Virus record (IMG/VR): IMGVR_UViG_3300047557_004430
Strand: one strand, 5' to 3'
DNA: 64,000 bases
Source: a virus
Below are positions 9,801 to 19,057 of this stretch, in pieces. The translations under genes were made by a program, and so were the position numbers. A model generated the notes under the pieces. The model made no database searches, was not told the origin of the DNA, and saw nothing but the letters and a program-made list of their open reading frames with translations. Position 1 is the stretch's first letter, and every line of letters begins with the position of its first letter.

Positions 9801-10664
9801 CCTGATAGTCCTTGTGTTAGATACCTCAACCACTTTGTCTGAATTCAACATGTAAACTATAATAGGTAGTTGACTGAATTCTCTGATTGACCTTACTGAT
9901 TCGTTTATGATATCGAAATAATTTTCGGTTGAATATAAAACATATGCTTTAGGGAACTTGAGGGCATTGAAATAGTTTTGTTCCATTTCTTTTTCGTAGT
10001 TTTGATGTTGTCCTTCATTGTCTGAAAAACTTTCAGATTGTGAAAAAACCATAGGTATTGTTATACCAAAGTTAAATTTTTTATGTTTCGGGGAGTGAAT
10101 AAACCTGTATTTTTCTGATGAACAATCGTTCAAAAACATATCTATTGTGCATTTGAATAACCAATGGTCTGACTTTAAAAAATTGGATAAGTGAGAATAT
10201 GTGTGTTCAATTATATTTCTTCTATAATAAAGAGATTGGCAACATAACATCTCTTCGAAAGAACCATGAGTTTCACCATTAACGTTTATCTTACTTCTTG
10301 GTAACAACTTTGTCCCCAAAGCAACTAAGTCATAGCTGTTTTTGATTTCATCCCAATCATTAAAAATTTTATTTAAATCACGTTTGTTAACATTATCGAT
10401 TAATTTAATATCATCTTCAAACACAATTAGGTCTTGGTCGTCAGACTTTAACACCTCCTCGAAAATTTTCAAAAAAGAAGCCGTACTTCCAAGTTTTTTA
10501 AACTCAGGTTCTTCCATCATCACTCCTTCAAAAATTTCATATCCTGTAAATCCCAATTCATCCAAAAGCCTTGTGGAGCTTTCCAGTCTATCAGTTCTGT
10601 GTGGTAGGTTTATTATGTAACCCCTATCTGCAATTTTTTTTCCTTTATAGAAGAGACCTTTCAT
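6867..10664 (-). CDS. Multidomain glycosyltransferase: GT25-like + GT-A (DxD) + GT4-like + Aah/TibC-type protein O-heptosyltransferase domain
   Basis: GYIINLPHRTDRL and IVFEDD; VCYVDSD; FFAPHLSTGGMPSYL, NQGEGVE, DILMFNSTWECNPIVLREAASFGL; VFISFDSKSLGDSIAWIPY, FFIGLSSGLSWLSWGMGKKVVMIS, CNGCW..WCPVH..FECHKSI. Confidence 0.85.
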   Translation of the reverse strand: MKGLFYKGKKIADRGYIINLPHRTDRLESSTRLLDELGFTGYEIFEGVMMEEPEFKKLGSTASFLKIFEEVLKSDDQDLIVFEDDIKLIDNVNKRDLNKIFNDWDEIKNSYDLVALGTKLLPRSKINVNGETHGSFEEMLCCQSLYYRRNIIEHTYSHLSNFLKSDHWLFKCTIDMFLNDCSSEKYRFIHSPKHKKFNFGITIPMVFSQSESFSDNEGQHQNYEKEMEQNYFNALKFPKAYVLYSTENYFDIINESVRSIREFSQLPIIVYMLNSDKVVEVSNTRTIRWDCSLQNLSDNCYTKENDNFYIDRRNSDIYKILIQRPLIIKDALSKHAETVCYVDSDSVATPNVDKIFSLFDKDSSFPYFVEGIYEYMTLYGKGGGGPQHGGDWESTLEYNACKLFGVDQTIRKFYRQTGYFVAGQKTTDFIDEWYWMCNHPKIWKNINHYAPFNEETIVNVLLWKNHIHQGLPYIYVNGSVDIVDKMYDEIEYKGPNEFNFFGDWLRAPQDLSHLLFFHGEKNPQKMREMVKKIKNKQNKKLKVLFFAPHLSTGGMPSYLLKRIESILKYYPDIDLYVVEFCLYATTYVVQRNKIKLLIPEDRFWTLNNLDNHSEENSMKLIEIIKKNSIDIVHIDEIPEGFDSFNKISKNVLNALFDNSRTWRVVETCHNIWFDPKNISFVPDGFAFCTPYHDRVQFKDVETLKQVFEFPIENKSRTSFEQMVSQQKLGLDIDKVHVLNVGLWTEGKNQGEGVEVARLIEQSNPHVQFHFVGNQASNFENYWGPIMKNLPSNVKVWGEREDIDEFMKASDILMFNSTWECNPIVLREAASFGLQILARNLPQYFDMFTEYITPIESSDVVKIKDQLVSLFSKKKNSVTPNNSVEKFAKDHIDFYKKVKEINVIPQNRIPSNLHITQYYIEQPYLELKGDSTSKFKIQFFDEKGVIHYENTLPVNSWIKLNRQYFTRWRTKVYDDKTLVLDRTLNYEGQRVFISFDSKSLGDSIAWIPYCLEFKNKHKCDVIVSTFWNKLFKKVYPELQFVEPGSVVHNIHGMYKLGWFWNKDKEPEVPNTIPLQKAATNILGLDYSEIKPRIDYHISQKPYDGKYVTIATNSTAGCKFWTKEGWQELINYLVSQGYRVVNVSKEDNDFQNVTKIKDVSIENTMNVIHHSEFFIGLSSGLSWLSWGMGKKVVMISNFTTPDHEFNLDCIRITNPLVCNGCWNNPEFKFDKGDWNWCPVHKGTERQFECHKSITSQMVIDKIQNLLK

Positions 10665-11605
10665 CGATTAACAATTTCTAAAATTTTATTAAATATTTGA
10701 AGTACAGTTGGGTGGCAAACAAATTCTGATTTACCTTCCAAACAGCCTACAAGCGGAGGGATTCCCCTAATCGAATTCCATTCTTTTACACCGTATCTCA
10801 TATCCGATGCACAAGCAATTTTACAATCCCCATCAACGTAATGGTACTTGTATTCTTGAGTCCCTTTTCTGAAAGGTGCTCTCAATTTCCAATGAACAGA
10901 ACTACCCAAATGGATTATCTCACAATCTGTAGTACCCGCCAGATGTAACATACCTGAGTCCATGGTAACAGTTGCAATACTTTTTTGCATTAACCACCAT
11001 GTCTGTGGAATATTGGCTTTGTTCATTAAATTCAAACCAAGTTTTATGGGGAAATCAAAAACAGGTTTGTCTACCATGTGGAATCCTATTTCACTTGAGA
11101 CCTTACCCATAGAAACAACTGCGATACCATAGTCATTCAACATCTTAGTAAGTAATTGCCATTTTTCCGCTGACCATGTTCTTGATGCCCATGTTTGCAC
11201 AGGATGAATCAAAACAAATTTTTCGGGTAAACCTTCAATTGGTTCCCACTCATCAGGAATGTAATCCATATCACACTCTTCAGGTAGTAATTGAAAACCT
11301 AAACCTGCCGCATGAAATTGACGGATGTCCATAACATTATGTCTTAATCCAATTCCATAAATGTTTTCTAAATTTGGCGCAAAACTTGTTAGGAGTTCAT
11401 ACTCCTCCATCAAACTTTCCCTTGATGTCTCATTCGTATTGAAAACTTTATCGACATAAGGATTATTTTTGAAAATTGTTACGTGGTCAGTTAGAACTGA
11501 AATCTTTTTTCCGTAAGCATAATATAACTTACGAAGCGATGGAGTGGCACAAATACTATCTCCTAAACCTTTACTGAGGTGTAAATCTAAAAGTGGGGAT
11601 TTCAT
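10661..11605 (-). CDS. GT9-family (heptosyltransferase-like) glycosyltransferase
   Basis: GLGDSICATP, SRTWSAEKWQLL and TMDSGMLHLAG motifs; ATG at 11605 (track starts at GTG 11611). Confidence 0.8.
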   Translation of the reverse strand: MKSPLLDLHLSKGLGDSICATPSLRKLYYAYGKKISVLTDHVTIFKNNPYVDKVFNTNETSRESLMEEYELLTSFAPNLENIYGIGLRHNVMDIRQFHAAGLGFQLLPEECDMDYIPDEWEPIEGLPEKFVLIHPVQTWASRTWSAEKWQLLTKMLNDYGIAVVSMGKVSSEIGFHMVDKPVFDFPIKLGLNLMNKANIPQTWWLMQKSIATVTMDSGMLHLAGTTDCEIIHLGSSVHWKLRAPFRKGTQEYKYHYVDGDCKIACASDMRYGVKEWNSIRGIPPLVGCLEGKSEFVCHPTVLQIFNKILEIVNR

Positions 11606-11644
11606 ACCCACAAAATATAATTAAAAAAATAACGGAAATCTATA

Positions 11645-12289
11645 TTAGGATTTATAAAAATAAGAGAGGGTATCAAGACCATTCCAAAACCCAACAGGTT
11701 CAAATTGGATGGTATTTTGAGAAATAATTTCCATATCAAATTCCTCTACAAAAGACCTAAAAAGTTCTGGATTCATGTTAGCTCTACCACCGAAGTTTTG
11801 GAAAGAATATTCTTCACCTCCACCAATCCATGAGTGATGAATAAAACCATATCCACCATTAACAAGAACTCTAGATATTTCTTTTACGTAACTTTCAACA
11901 ACGTTTTTGTGCATATGAACAAAGGAATCGAATGAAAAAACTAAGTCTACCGAATTTGTTGGTATCGAAGAAAGGGTTAAACCATCGTTAACATGGTATT
12001 CCTTGATATGAGAACCCAACTTCTTTTTTGTTTGTTCTATACAAGTTTCGTTCAAATCAACAACGATTAATTCATCGGCAAGAATAGATAAAAATTGACT
12101 GATTCTCCCATGACCAGGGGCAATCTCTAAAATTTTTTTACCTCTAAATTTTTTTAGGGGTTCGAACAGATAGTTATTCCATAGGTTCTCAGTCGTACCA
12201 AATGATTTTGACCATTCGTGACCCCCATCTGTCCACAAGCTTAATTTATTCCAAATCCTTTGCTCTTCGATATTATTAAAATCGCTCAT
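11645..12289 (-). CDS. Class I SAM-dependent methyltransferase
   Basis: ILEIAPGHGR, VVDLN, VDLVFSFDSFVH and SRVLVNGG motifs. Confidence 0.85.
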   Translation of the reverse strand: MSDFNNIEEQRIWNKLSLWTDGGHEWSKSFGTTENLWNNYLFEPLKKFRGKKILEIAPGHGRISQFLSILADELIVVDLNETCIEQTKKKLGSHIKEYHVNDGLTLSSIPTNSVDLVFSFDSFVHMHKNVVESYVKEISRVLVNGGYGFIHHSWIGGGEEYSFQNFGGRANMNPELFRSFVEEFDMEIISQNTIQFEPVGFWNGLDTLSYFYKS

Positions 12290-12293
12290 GAAC

Positions 12294-12301
12294 CAAATAT
12301 A
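12294..12301 (-). promoter_or_regulatory. Bacteroidota-type -7 box TATATTTG upstream of the glycosylation operon
   Basis: Matches TAnnTTTG, 4 nt before ATG 12289; no well-spaced -33 TTTG seen. Confidence 0.45.
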
Positions 12302-12328
12302 CTTAACAAAAATTAAAAGAAAATATGA

Positions 12329-12508
12329 CTATTTTTTTGAATCTTTTTTTGCCTGTTTTGAATTGTAAAGGCGTAACAACTTTAGAGAATCCTTATAATG
12401 TTTTTCAAGTCGGTCTAATTCTTCAAGTGATGTGTTTGTCTCGCTTGCCGCATTATACTGTTCCTCTGCTTCCTGAATAATCTTCTTTATCGTTTTAAGA
12501 AGTTTCAT
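12329..12508 (-). CDS. Small hypothetical protein (59 aa, MKLLKTIKKIIQEAEEQ...)
   Basis: Manual translation, below the track cutoff; TATTTAT at 12514-12520 on the same strand. Confidence 0.65.
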   Translation of the reverse strand: MKLLKTIKKIIQEAEEQYNAASETNTSLEELDRLEKHYKDSLKLLRLYNSKQAKKDSKK

Positions 12509-12513
12509 ATTTC

Positions 12514-12520
12514 ATAAATA
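12514..12520 (-). promoter_or_regulatory. Putative late promoter TATTTAT
   Basis: 5 nt upstream of ATG 12508. Confidence 0.5.
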
Positions 12521-12592
12521 TAACCAGAACCGCCCTTTATATTGTTTTGAACAAAACTATATTTTAAGGGTGATAAAAATAACATATCAAGT

Positions 12593-12600
12593 TATTTATA
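12593..12600 (+). promoter_or_regulatory. Putative late promoter TATTTATA
   Basis: Upstream of ATG 12617. Confidence 0.6.
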
Positions 12601-12616
12601 AGAGTAAATTAAATTG

Positions 12617-15600
12617 ATGGCGGGTTCGAATTATTATTTGCTTCAACAATGTGGTACCGCAAATACTGCTATAGGGTCTTCAGCTAATCCTGGATTGGTT
12701 GGTACATTCTATTATGAATCAATTCCAAACATTTGTTGGGAGGTTATAGGTACTGACCTTGGTCCCACCTATACTGTTGATATCGATACTTTGTTGGGGA
12801 TTTTGGATTGTACGGACCCTTTGTGTGGATTAGGTCCAACACCAACACCATCTGAAACCCCACAAATAACTTCATCACCAACACCAACTAACCCTGCTGG
12901 TTGTATAACATTAACTTATCAATCTAGTTTCTTCGGCTCAACATGTAACGGACCAAACACCTATGAACAACAAACATGGAGATTTGAATATACACCAGGT
13001 GTTGTTAATCAAAATGTAACTATTGATTATGAGTACAATCAAACGGACAACTGTCCAAGTGGTGGTCCTTCGGGTACTTTTACAGGTACAACGATAATTA
13101 CTGCAGGTAATTCTTACGTAGATATCTTTATCACCGCAAGTAACTATGATGATTGTGGATTTGGACCTCCGAACTGTTTTTCATTCACTCAATCTCTAAC
13201 AGGATTATTTTCCATATCGCCAGATTGTGTGGCTTTATCAGTTACACCCACACCAACACCTACACCAAACGAAACTCCAACACAAACACCTACGCCTGAT
13301 GTAACTCCAACAAATACTCAAACCCCTTCACCAACAAATTGTATTGTTTCTGGCTCCGCTTATTTTGGAGACACAATAGAAAAAGCTTGTTCTTATTCTG
13401 TATCGGGTATAAGTGTTATTTTCAGTGCGGACACTTGTGATTTGTGTACTGCAACCTCACTTACAGGTAATACATTTGCATCTCAAACTACTGGTACATA
13501 CTATCTCAACTATAACTCTCAGTATATTACTATTTCACTGACTCAGTTTAGTAATATTGTTTCAGTAATTTCAGTGGGATGTAGTGTTTGTCCGACACCT
13601 ACGCCAACCCCAACACCATCATCAACACCACTCGTTGATTGTTCAAGTTGTAGTGGAACAGGGTGGTTACCATATGATTCAACAACTTGTTATAGAATTT
13701 CTGTTACAGCTGCAACAGCACCTTCAACAATTGTAACAGCAGAACCTACAGGTGGATTTAGTGAATATTCTAGATACGGCTCATATTTTTATCAACCAGG
13801 TTATGATATTTGTGGTACAGGTTCAACTTACGGACTTGTTACTACTCAGGTAGTTTGGGCCAACTCAGGACAAACAACAAACATAGGACCTTTGAATAGA
13901 AGTGCGATATGGGATGTACCTGGTCCTGGTGCACAACCACCCTATAATACTTGGTTAGGTTTCTCAACTTGTTTATCTGGACTCACCTCTACCAAAACAT
14001 ATTATGTTGGTATCGCTGCGGATAATGATTGGAGATTCATTTTAGACGGGGTAACTATTTTGGATACCACAGTACCACCAGCCCCTTATGATAACTCAAC
14101 TTTAGCTTTCATTTTTTGGCATGTTTATCCTGTAACAATCGGTGCGGGAAATCACACTTTACAAGTTTTTGGATTGAATAGAGGTTCAGTTGCGGGTTTT
14201 GGATGTGAAATATATGATGCATCTTTATCCACGCTGACTGGGGCAACATCCTTGAACGACCTTAATATTATTTTCTCAACTAGCGGTCAGGCAACTTTCG
14301 ATTTAGTACAACAAGTTGGATTACCTCCATCCTCTTCTGGATGGACTTGTCCTTCTACCGCATATACATATTCTGTTTGTAGTGGAAATTGTACACAAGT
14401 CGAATATTGTGTAGTAGGAGTAACACCAACCCCGACTCAGACGCCAGATACAACACCAACCCAAACACCAACATTTACACCAACCCCGAATACAACACCG
14501 CCAATAACCCCGACACAAACCACGACTCAAACTACTACTTACACACCTACACCGACAACCACTGAAATTTGTGACGTAATAACTTGTGCCAGTCGTTGTT
14601 GTGAGGTAAAATTACTGAATGAAACAGGTTCCCCAATTGCATATTCGTACTACGATTGTGATGGTAATTTTGTGAGCTCATCACTAAGTGGTGGTGCAAA
14701 TACAACAATTTGTTTGGACCAATCCTATGGTGCGTTAAGTGCAGGTTCACTTACAGTTTATGATTGGGCTTGTTGTGCAGGACCGCCACCGACACCATCG
14801 GAGACACCTACTTCTACACCAACATTTACCCCGACTGAAACAGTTACGCAAACACCAAACGAAACACCTACCTCTACACCAACTTTTACCCCGACTGAAA
14901 CAGTTACGCAAACACCAAACGAAACCCCAACACAAACCCCTACCTTGACTCCCGACCCAACAAGTACACCTACAGCAACAGTTGGTTCAACACCGACCCA
15001 AACTCCTACCAATACTATAACTCCAACCGAAACTATTACTCAAACACCGACTGAAAGTCCAACAGAAACTCCTACACAAACACCAACTGAAACTATCACA
15101 CAAACACCAACAGAATCTCCGACTGAGACCCCTACAAATACGCCAACTCCAACTGAAACACCTACAAGCACTGCAGGAGTAACTCCAACTCCTACAGAGA
15201 CACCAACAGAGACTCCGACTGAAACACCAACAGAGACTCCGACACAAACCCCTACTAACACAGAAACTCCAACTCAAACTCCGACGAATACTCAGACACC
15301 GACAAATACAATGACCCCTACACAAACTATGACTCAAGGGTTTTTATATGGGTTTGCTGACTGTGTTACATTGGAAGAATTCAGATTTGAAGATGTGACT
15401 GGTACTTTAGTTGTTGGAAAAACTTATCTCATAACAGGTTCTTCTGAGTATGAAGGTTGTGCAACTTGTATATCGCCAGGAAGTGGTCCAATCTATCAAG
15501 GGGTTGGAGTTACTTTCACTGAGATGTCTGGATGTGGAGATGATTTTTGTCCAAGGGTATCAAGTAAAGCTGCTCTATTAGTAAACTGTAGAACTGAGGC

Positions 15601-17773
15601 AATATTCTACGCGAATGTGGATGCAGATACTGCTTACCAAGGTGCGGTTTATGAATACAATAATGGTTGTTATAGATTTGAAGAGTTCTCAGGTCCTGGT
15701 GGCCCTGACTTAGGAGCACCTGATTGGGGTGATTGTCCATCATGTTTAAATAACACACCAACACCTACACCATATTCTACACCTACTGTTACTCCAACAG
15801 TATCGTCTACACCTGCAGCTTGTGACTCAGGAGATTTTTGTTTGACTACAAGTTTGCCAGGTTTAGTTAACTACAACGGACAATATACATCAGGTTCAAC
15901 TTATAATGGAAGAGTTACTTATTCAGGTGGAAGTATCAGTACAGGTGTTGTTTACTACTTCACTTCATCAACAGAAAGTTATTGGTGTTTAAGTACAACT
16001 TTGGGAGGAACTTGTTTACTCAAAGGTTCCAACCCATGTTATTCTGCTTGTCCTGATATTTCATTCGGTTCGTTTGTTTCAGGTGTATGTCCAACCCCAA
16101 CACCAACCCCAATTGATTGTTCGACTTTTGATTTTAATGCATATTTCGATTGTGATTGGGAACCTGTTCCAACACCAAGTCCGTCAATTGATTGTGACGA
16201 TACTGGATTCCAAGTAACATCAATACCTTTAACTCCAACACCAACACCTTCGGGAGTTTTCTGTACAGGTAAAGCCGTTTCATTTGTGATTAACGAAATT
16301 CCATCAGAATCACCAACACCAACTCCGACACCAACCATTACTCTCACAAAGACTGTTGATGCGTCAGGGAAAGTTACATTCAATATTTTTGAAGAATCAT
16401 TCAGTTGTGTTTCTGTTAAAGTTCTCAATAAATGTGGTACAGATATAGAATACTATACTTCAGACCCACTTGTTTATAACAACACACCAGTTGGAGCAGG
16501 TATGGTAATGTTAGCAATAGTTAACGAAGAAATTATTTGTGTAAAGTACTTGAGAGATGATTCTAACCTGTCCTCTAACTCTAATGTTGATGCCGTACTT
16601 TCAATCTATGGAAACAACTGTACAAATTGTTCTGATTTACCAACACCTACACCAACAACCACACCTACTCAAACAGGTACGCCAAGTGTATCTATCACAC
16701 CAACACAAACTCAATCGCCAACTCAAACAGCTACCTCAACGCCAACCCCAACAACTACACCACCTCCAGGTGCTACACCAAGTGCGACACCAAGACCAAC
16801 TAACTCAAGCACTCCTACACCAACAAATACACCACAGGCAAGCCCTACCCAAACTCCGACCCAAACATTCACACCAACTCCTTCGGTAACACCTAATTGG
16901 AGATATGTATATTCTTCATGTTCTTCAATTTCACCTAATGTTTACCCAACATATTTGATTCAAACAGTACAATCTCCGATTCAGACTGTTGTCGGAAATC
17001 AATTTAAAGATAATCAAGGTAACTGTTGGACTTATGAGGGCAGATTCGAACCTAACTACATTCCACCACCATTAACAGTATCTCAATCTTATTCAGGTGA
17101 TTATTTTGCAGGACAACCAGCAATTACCTTTACCGCTTGTACTGATTGCCAAACAATCATAATACCTCCTTGTAATGAAATTTACTTCCAAGCAACTAAG
17201 TGTGGTACTTCAGATACTGTTGTAGTAAGAGCATGTGATTTGGGTCCTTGCCAAACTCTAAACTTTGGTATCACAACAGGTCAGTTCTGTGTTACACCAC
17301 AAGTTGGAATGACTGTCGGAGTATTTAATTCTGAAGGTGGAGATGATTTCTGTGTGGTTCTTGATTCAATAGTTTCACCTCAACCTTCAACTCTATATGT
17401 TGGAACACCAGCTTATGCAGGATTCTCATTCTGTTCTTGTCCTCTTTATAGAGTTTATAAAGGAAATTCGTGTGATGGACTAAATGTTGATGTTGCGATT
17501 TATGATTCACCGTTGAATCCGATTATACCAAATAACAAAGTTGTTAGCACAGACATTAAGTGTTACACAATTACCGAATATGTTGGAATCAAAAACGTTT
17601 ATCCGTTCTTACCAGGAATTGCACCTTTAGTCAGTGGACCAGCTGTGAATGATTGTCCAACGTGTTTATCACCAGGAGGAACTATATTCTGTAAAGTTGG
17701 GGATGATTGTTTGGAAGTTGCATTAACCCCAGGAGCTGCAACATGTGCAGACTTAGGATATCCTGACTGTTAA
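12617..17773 (+). CDS. Giant Cys-rich virion surface protein with Thr-Pro linkers and a PA14-like domain
   Basis: About 1718 aa; many Cys-rich modules separated by TPTPT/TPTET tracts; [29 protein letters not shown]; ATG at 12617. Confidence 0.75.
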   Translation: MAGSNYYLLQQCGTANTAIGSSANPGLVGTFYYESIPNICWEVIGTDLGPTYTVDIDTLLGILDCTDPLCGLGPTPTPSETPQITSSPTPTNPAGCITLTYQSSFFGSTCNGPNTYEQQTWRFEYTPGVVNQNVTIDYEYNQTDNCPSGGPSGTFTGTTIITAGNSYVDIFITASNYDDCGFGPPNCFSFTQSLTGLFSISPDCVALSVTPTPTPTPNETPTQTPTPDVTPTNTQTPSPTNCIVSGSAYFGDTIEKACSYSVSGISVIFSADTCDLCTATSLTGNTFASQTTGTYYLNYNSQYITISLTQFSNIVSVISVGCSVCPTPTPTPTPSSTPLVDCSSCSGTGWLPYDSTTCYRISVTAATAPSTIVTAEPTGGFSEYSRYGSYFYQPGYDICGTGSTYGLVTTQVVWANSGQTTNIGPLNRSAIWDVPGPGAQPPYNTWLGFSTCLSGLTSTKTYYVGIAADNDWRFILDGVTILDTTVPPAPYDNSTLAFIFWHVYPVTIGAGNHTLQVFGLNRGSVAGFGCEIYDASLSTLTGATSLNDLNIIFSTSGQATFDLVQQVGLPPSSSGWTCPSTAYTYSVCSGNCTQVEYCVVGVTPTPTQTPDTTPTQTPTFTPTPNTTPPITPTQTTTQTTTYTPTPTTTEICDVITCASRCCEVKLLNETGSPIAYSYYDCDGNFVSSSLSGGANTTICLDQSYGALSAGSLTVYDWACCAGPPPTPSETPTSTPTFTPTETVTQTPNETPTSTPTFTPTETVTQTPNETPTQTPTLTPDPTSTPTATVGSTPTQTPTNTITPTETITQTPTESPTETPTQTPTETITQTPTESPTETPTNTPTPTETPTSTAGVTPTPTETPTETPTETPTETPTQTPTNTETPTQTPTNTQTPTNTMTPTQTMTQGFLYGFADCVTLEEFRFEDVTGTLVVGKTYLITGSSEYEGCATCISPGSGPIYQGVGVTFTEMSGCGDDFCPRVSSKAALLVNCRTEAIFYANVDADTAYQGAVYEYNNGCYRFEEFSGPGGPDLGAPDWGDCPSCLNNTPTPTPYSTPTVTPTVSSTPAACDSGDFCLTTSLPGLVNYNGQYTSGSTYNGRVTYSGGSISTGVVYYFTSSTESYWCLSTTLGGTCLLKGSNPCYSACPDISFGSFVSGVCPTPTPTPIDCSTFDFNAYFDCDWEPVPTPSPSIDCDDTGFQVTSIPLTPTPTPSGVFCTGKAVSFVINEIPSESPTPTPTPTITLTKTVDASGKVTFNIFEESFSCVSVKVLNKCGTDIEYYTSDPLVYNNTPVGAGMVMLAIVNEEIICVKYLRDDSNLSSNSNVDAVLSIYGNNCTNCSDLPTPTPTTTPTQTGTPSVSITPTQTQSPTQTATSTPTPTTTPPPGATPSATPRPTNSSTPTPTNTPQASPTQTPTQTFTPTPSVTPNWRYVYSSCSSISPNVYPTYLIQTVQSPIQTVVGNQFKDNQGNCWTYEGRFEPNYIPPPLTVSQSYSGDYFAGQPAITFTACTDCQTIIIPPCNEIYFQATKCGTSDTVVVRACDLGPCQTLNFGITTGQFCVTPQVGMTVGVFNSEGGDDFCVVLDSIVSPQPSTLYVGTPAYAGFSFCSCPLYRVYKGNSCDGLNVDVAIYDSPLNPIIPNNKVVSTDIKCYTITEYVGIKNVYPFLPGIAPLVSGPAVNDCPTCLSPGGTIFCKVGDDCLEVALTPGAATCADLGYPDC

Positions 17774-17779
17774 AAAATG

Positions 17780-17787
17780 TATTTATA
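17780..17787 (+). promoter_or_regulatory. Putative late promoter TATTTATA
   Basis: 3 nt before ATG 17791. Confidence 0.55.
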
Positions 17788-17790
17788 AAA

Positions 17791-18009
17791 ATGGGACTTG
17801 AAGTAACAATAAACGGAATCACAGGTACATCACCATTCGACCTTTACATATGCCAACCAAACGGCAGTGGATGTTTTTATATTAGTACAATATCTAGCAA
17901 CTCATATAATTTCATAATCCCACCACCTTACGATACAGGTTTGGCTTATATGTTAAAAGTAGTTGATGCTCAAAACTGTATTATTTCAGGTGTAACAAGT
18001 ATAACATGA
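17791..18009 (+). CDS. Small beta-rich Cys protein, paralog of the N-terminus of 18006..19004
   Basis: 72 aa; alignable by eye with residues 1-69 of the next gene. Confidence 0.7.
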   Translation: MGLEVTINGITGTSPFDLYICQPNGSGCFYISTISSNSYNFIIPPPYDTGLAYMLKVVDAQNCIISGVTSIT

Positions 18010-19004
18010 GTCAGACAGTAACCATATCATCAGTAACAGCGAATACACCTGTTGAAATTTATTATTGTTCAGGTGCAACTTGTGTATATGTATCTACCGT
18101 TGCTACATTCCCATATACCTTTATAGTACCATCACCGTACTCAGAATCATCATTCACTATCAAATTGATTGATACACAGGGATGTATAATCGATGATGCA
18201 ATTTCAATTACACCTACACCTACACCAAGAGTAAGTCCATCACAAACCCCAACACCAACCTTTACACCAACACAAACTACAACGCCAACTCAAACTATAA
18301 CACAGACTCAAACACCTACACAGACACCATCACAAACCCCTACAAACACCCCAACTCCAACCAAACCGTCAACCGTAGTTCTACATCTTTTTGCTGCAAC
18401 ATGTACATCACCTGTGAGTTCTACAGGACTTTATACATACCAAGTAGACGCTGACCTTCTACCTGTTATAGGAGTTACAGTATATCAGACTGTGGCTGGC
18501 GGAACATTATTTAATCCATTCAACGGAGGAAATAATTTTCACATTCTCCAATTCGGAGGTACACTATATCAAGTTCAAATTAGTCCTTCAGGTCAAATCG
18601 TTTCTTTTATCAGTTGTGTTCCAGTAACCCCTACACCATCCATAACTCAAACTCAAACCCCAACTACAACAATTACGCCAACAACAACCACAACACCTAC
18701 ACCAACGGTTTCTCAAACACCGACCAATACACAAACTCCAACTAAAACCTCCACACCTGAGCCAACACCAACTTCTACCCCCAACTATTCATTCTATTTT
18801 GCAACACAATATTTGAACTGTGCTCAAAATAGTGCGGTGGGTGCGTATACTATTAGGGTTTCTCCTGAATTAGATTCTGGTCAATGGTTTTGTGGGGACG
18901 ATGGGTATCAATACCAATTTGCATCAAATACCGTAGGACCTTCTTATGATGTGACGGCTGTGGCAAATGCACTACCATCATCTTGTTACAATCTTCCTTG
19001 TTAA
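18006..19004 (+). CDS. Cys-rich/Thr-Pro virion surface protein
   Basis: 332 aa; two TPTQT tracts separating Cys-containing modules. Confidence 0.7.
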   Translation: MSQTVTISSVTANTPVEIYYCSGATCVYVSTVATFPYTFIVPSPYSESSFTIKLIDTQGCIIDDAISITPTPTPRVSPSQTPTPTFTPTQTTTPTQTITQTQTPTQTPSQTPTNTPTPTKPSTVVLHLFAATCTSPVSSTGLYTYQVDADLLPVIGVTVYQTVAGGTLFNPFNGGNNFHILQFGGTLYQVQISPSGQIVSFISCVPVTPTPSITQTQTPTTTITPTTTTTPTPTVSQTPTNTQTPTKTSTPEPTPTSTPNYSFYFATQYLNCAQNSAVGAYTIRVSPELDSGQWFCGDDGYQYQFASNTVGPSYDVTAVANALPSSCYNLPC

Positions 19005-19057
19005 GATTTATAAAATAATCCGATTTCTTATAATTATAGGATATAATAGTTCAATAA

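Noticed and set aside
12290-12616. Possible tRNA/ncRNA in the largest apparent intergenic gap
   Set aside because: The gap is filled by a 59-aa ORF and divergent promoter motifs; no cloverleaf seen here or in other spacers.
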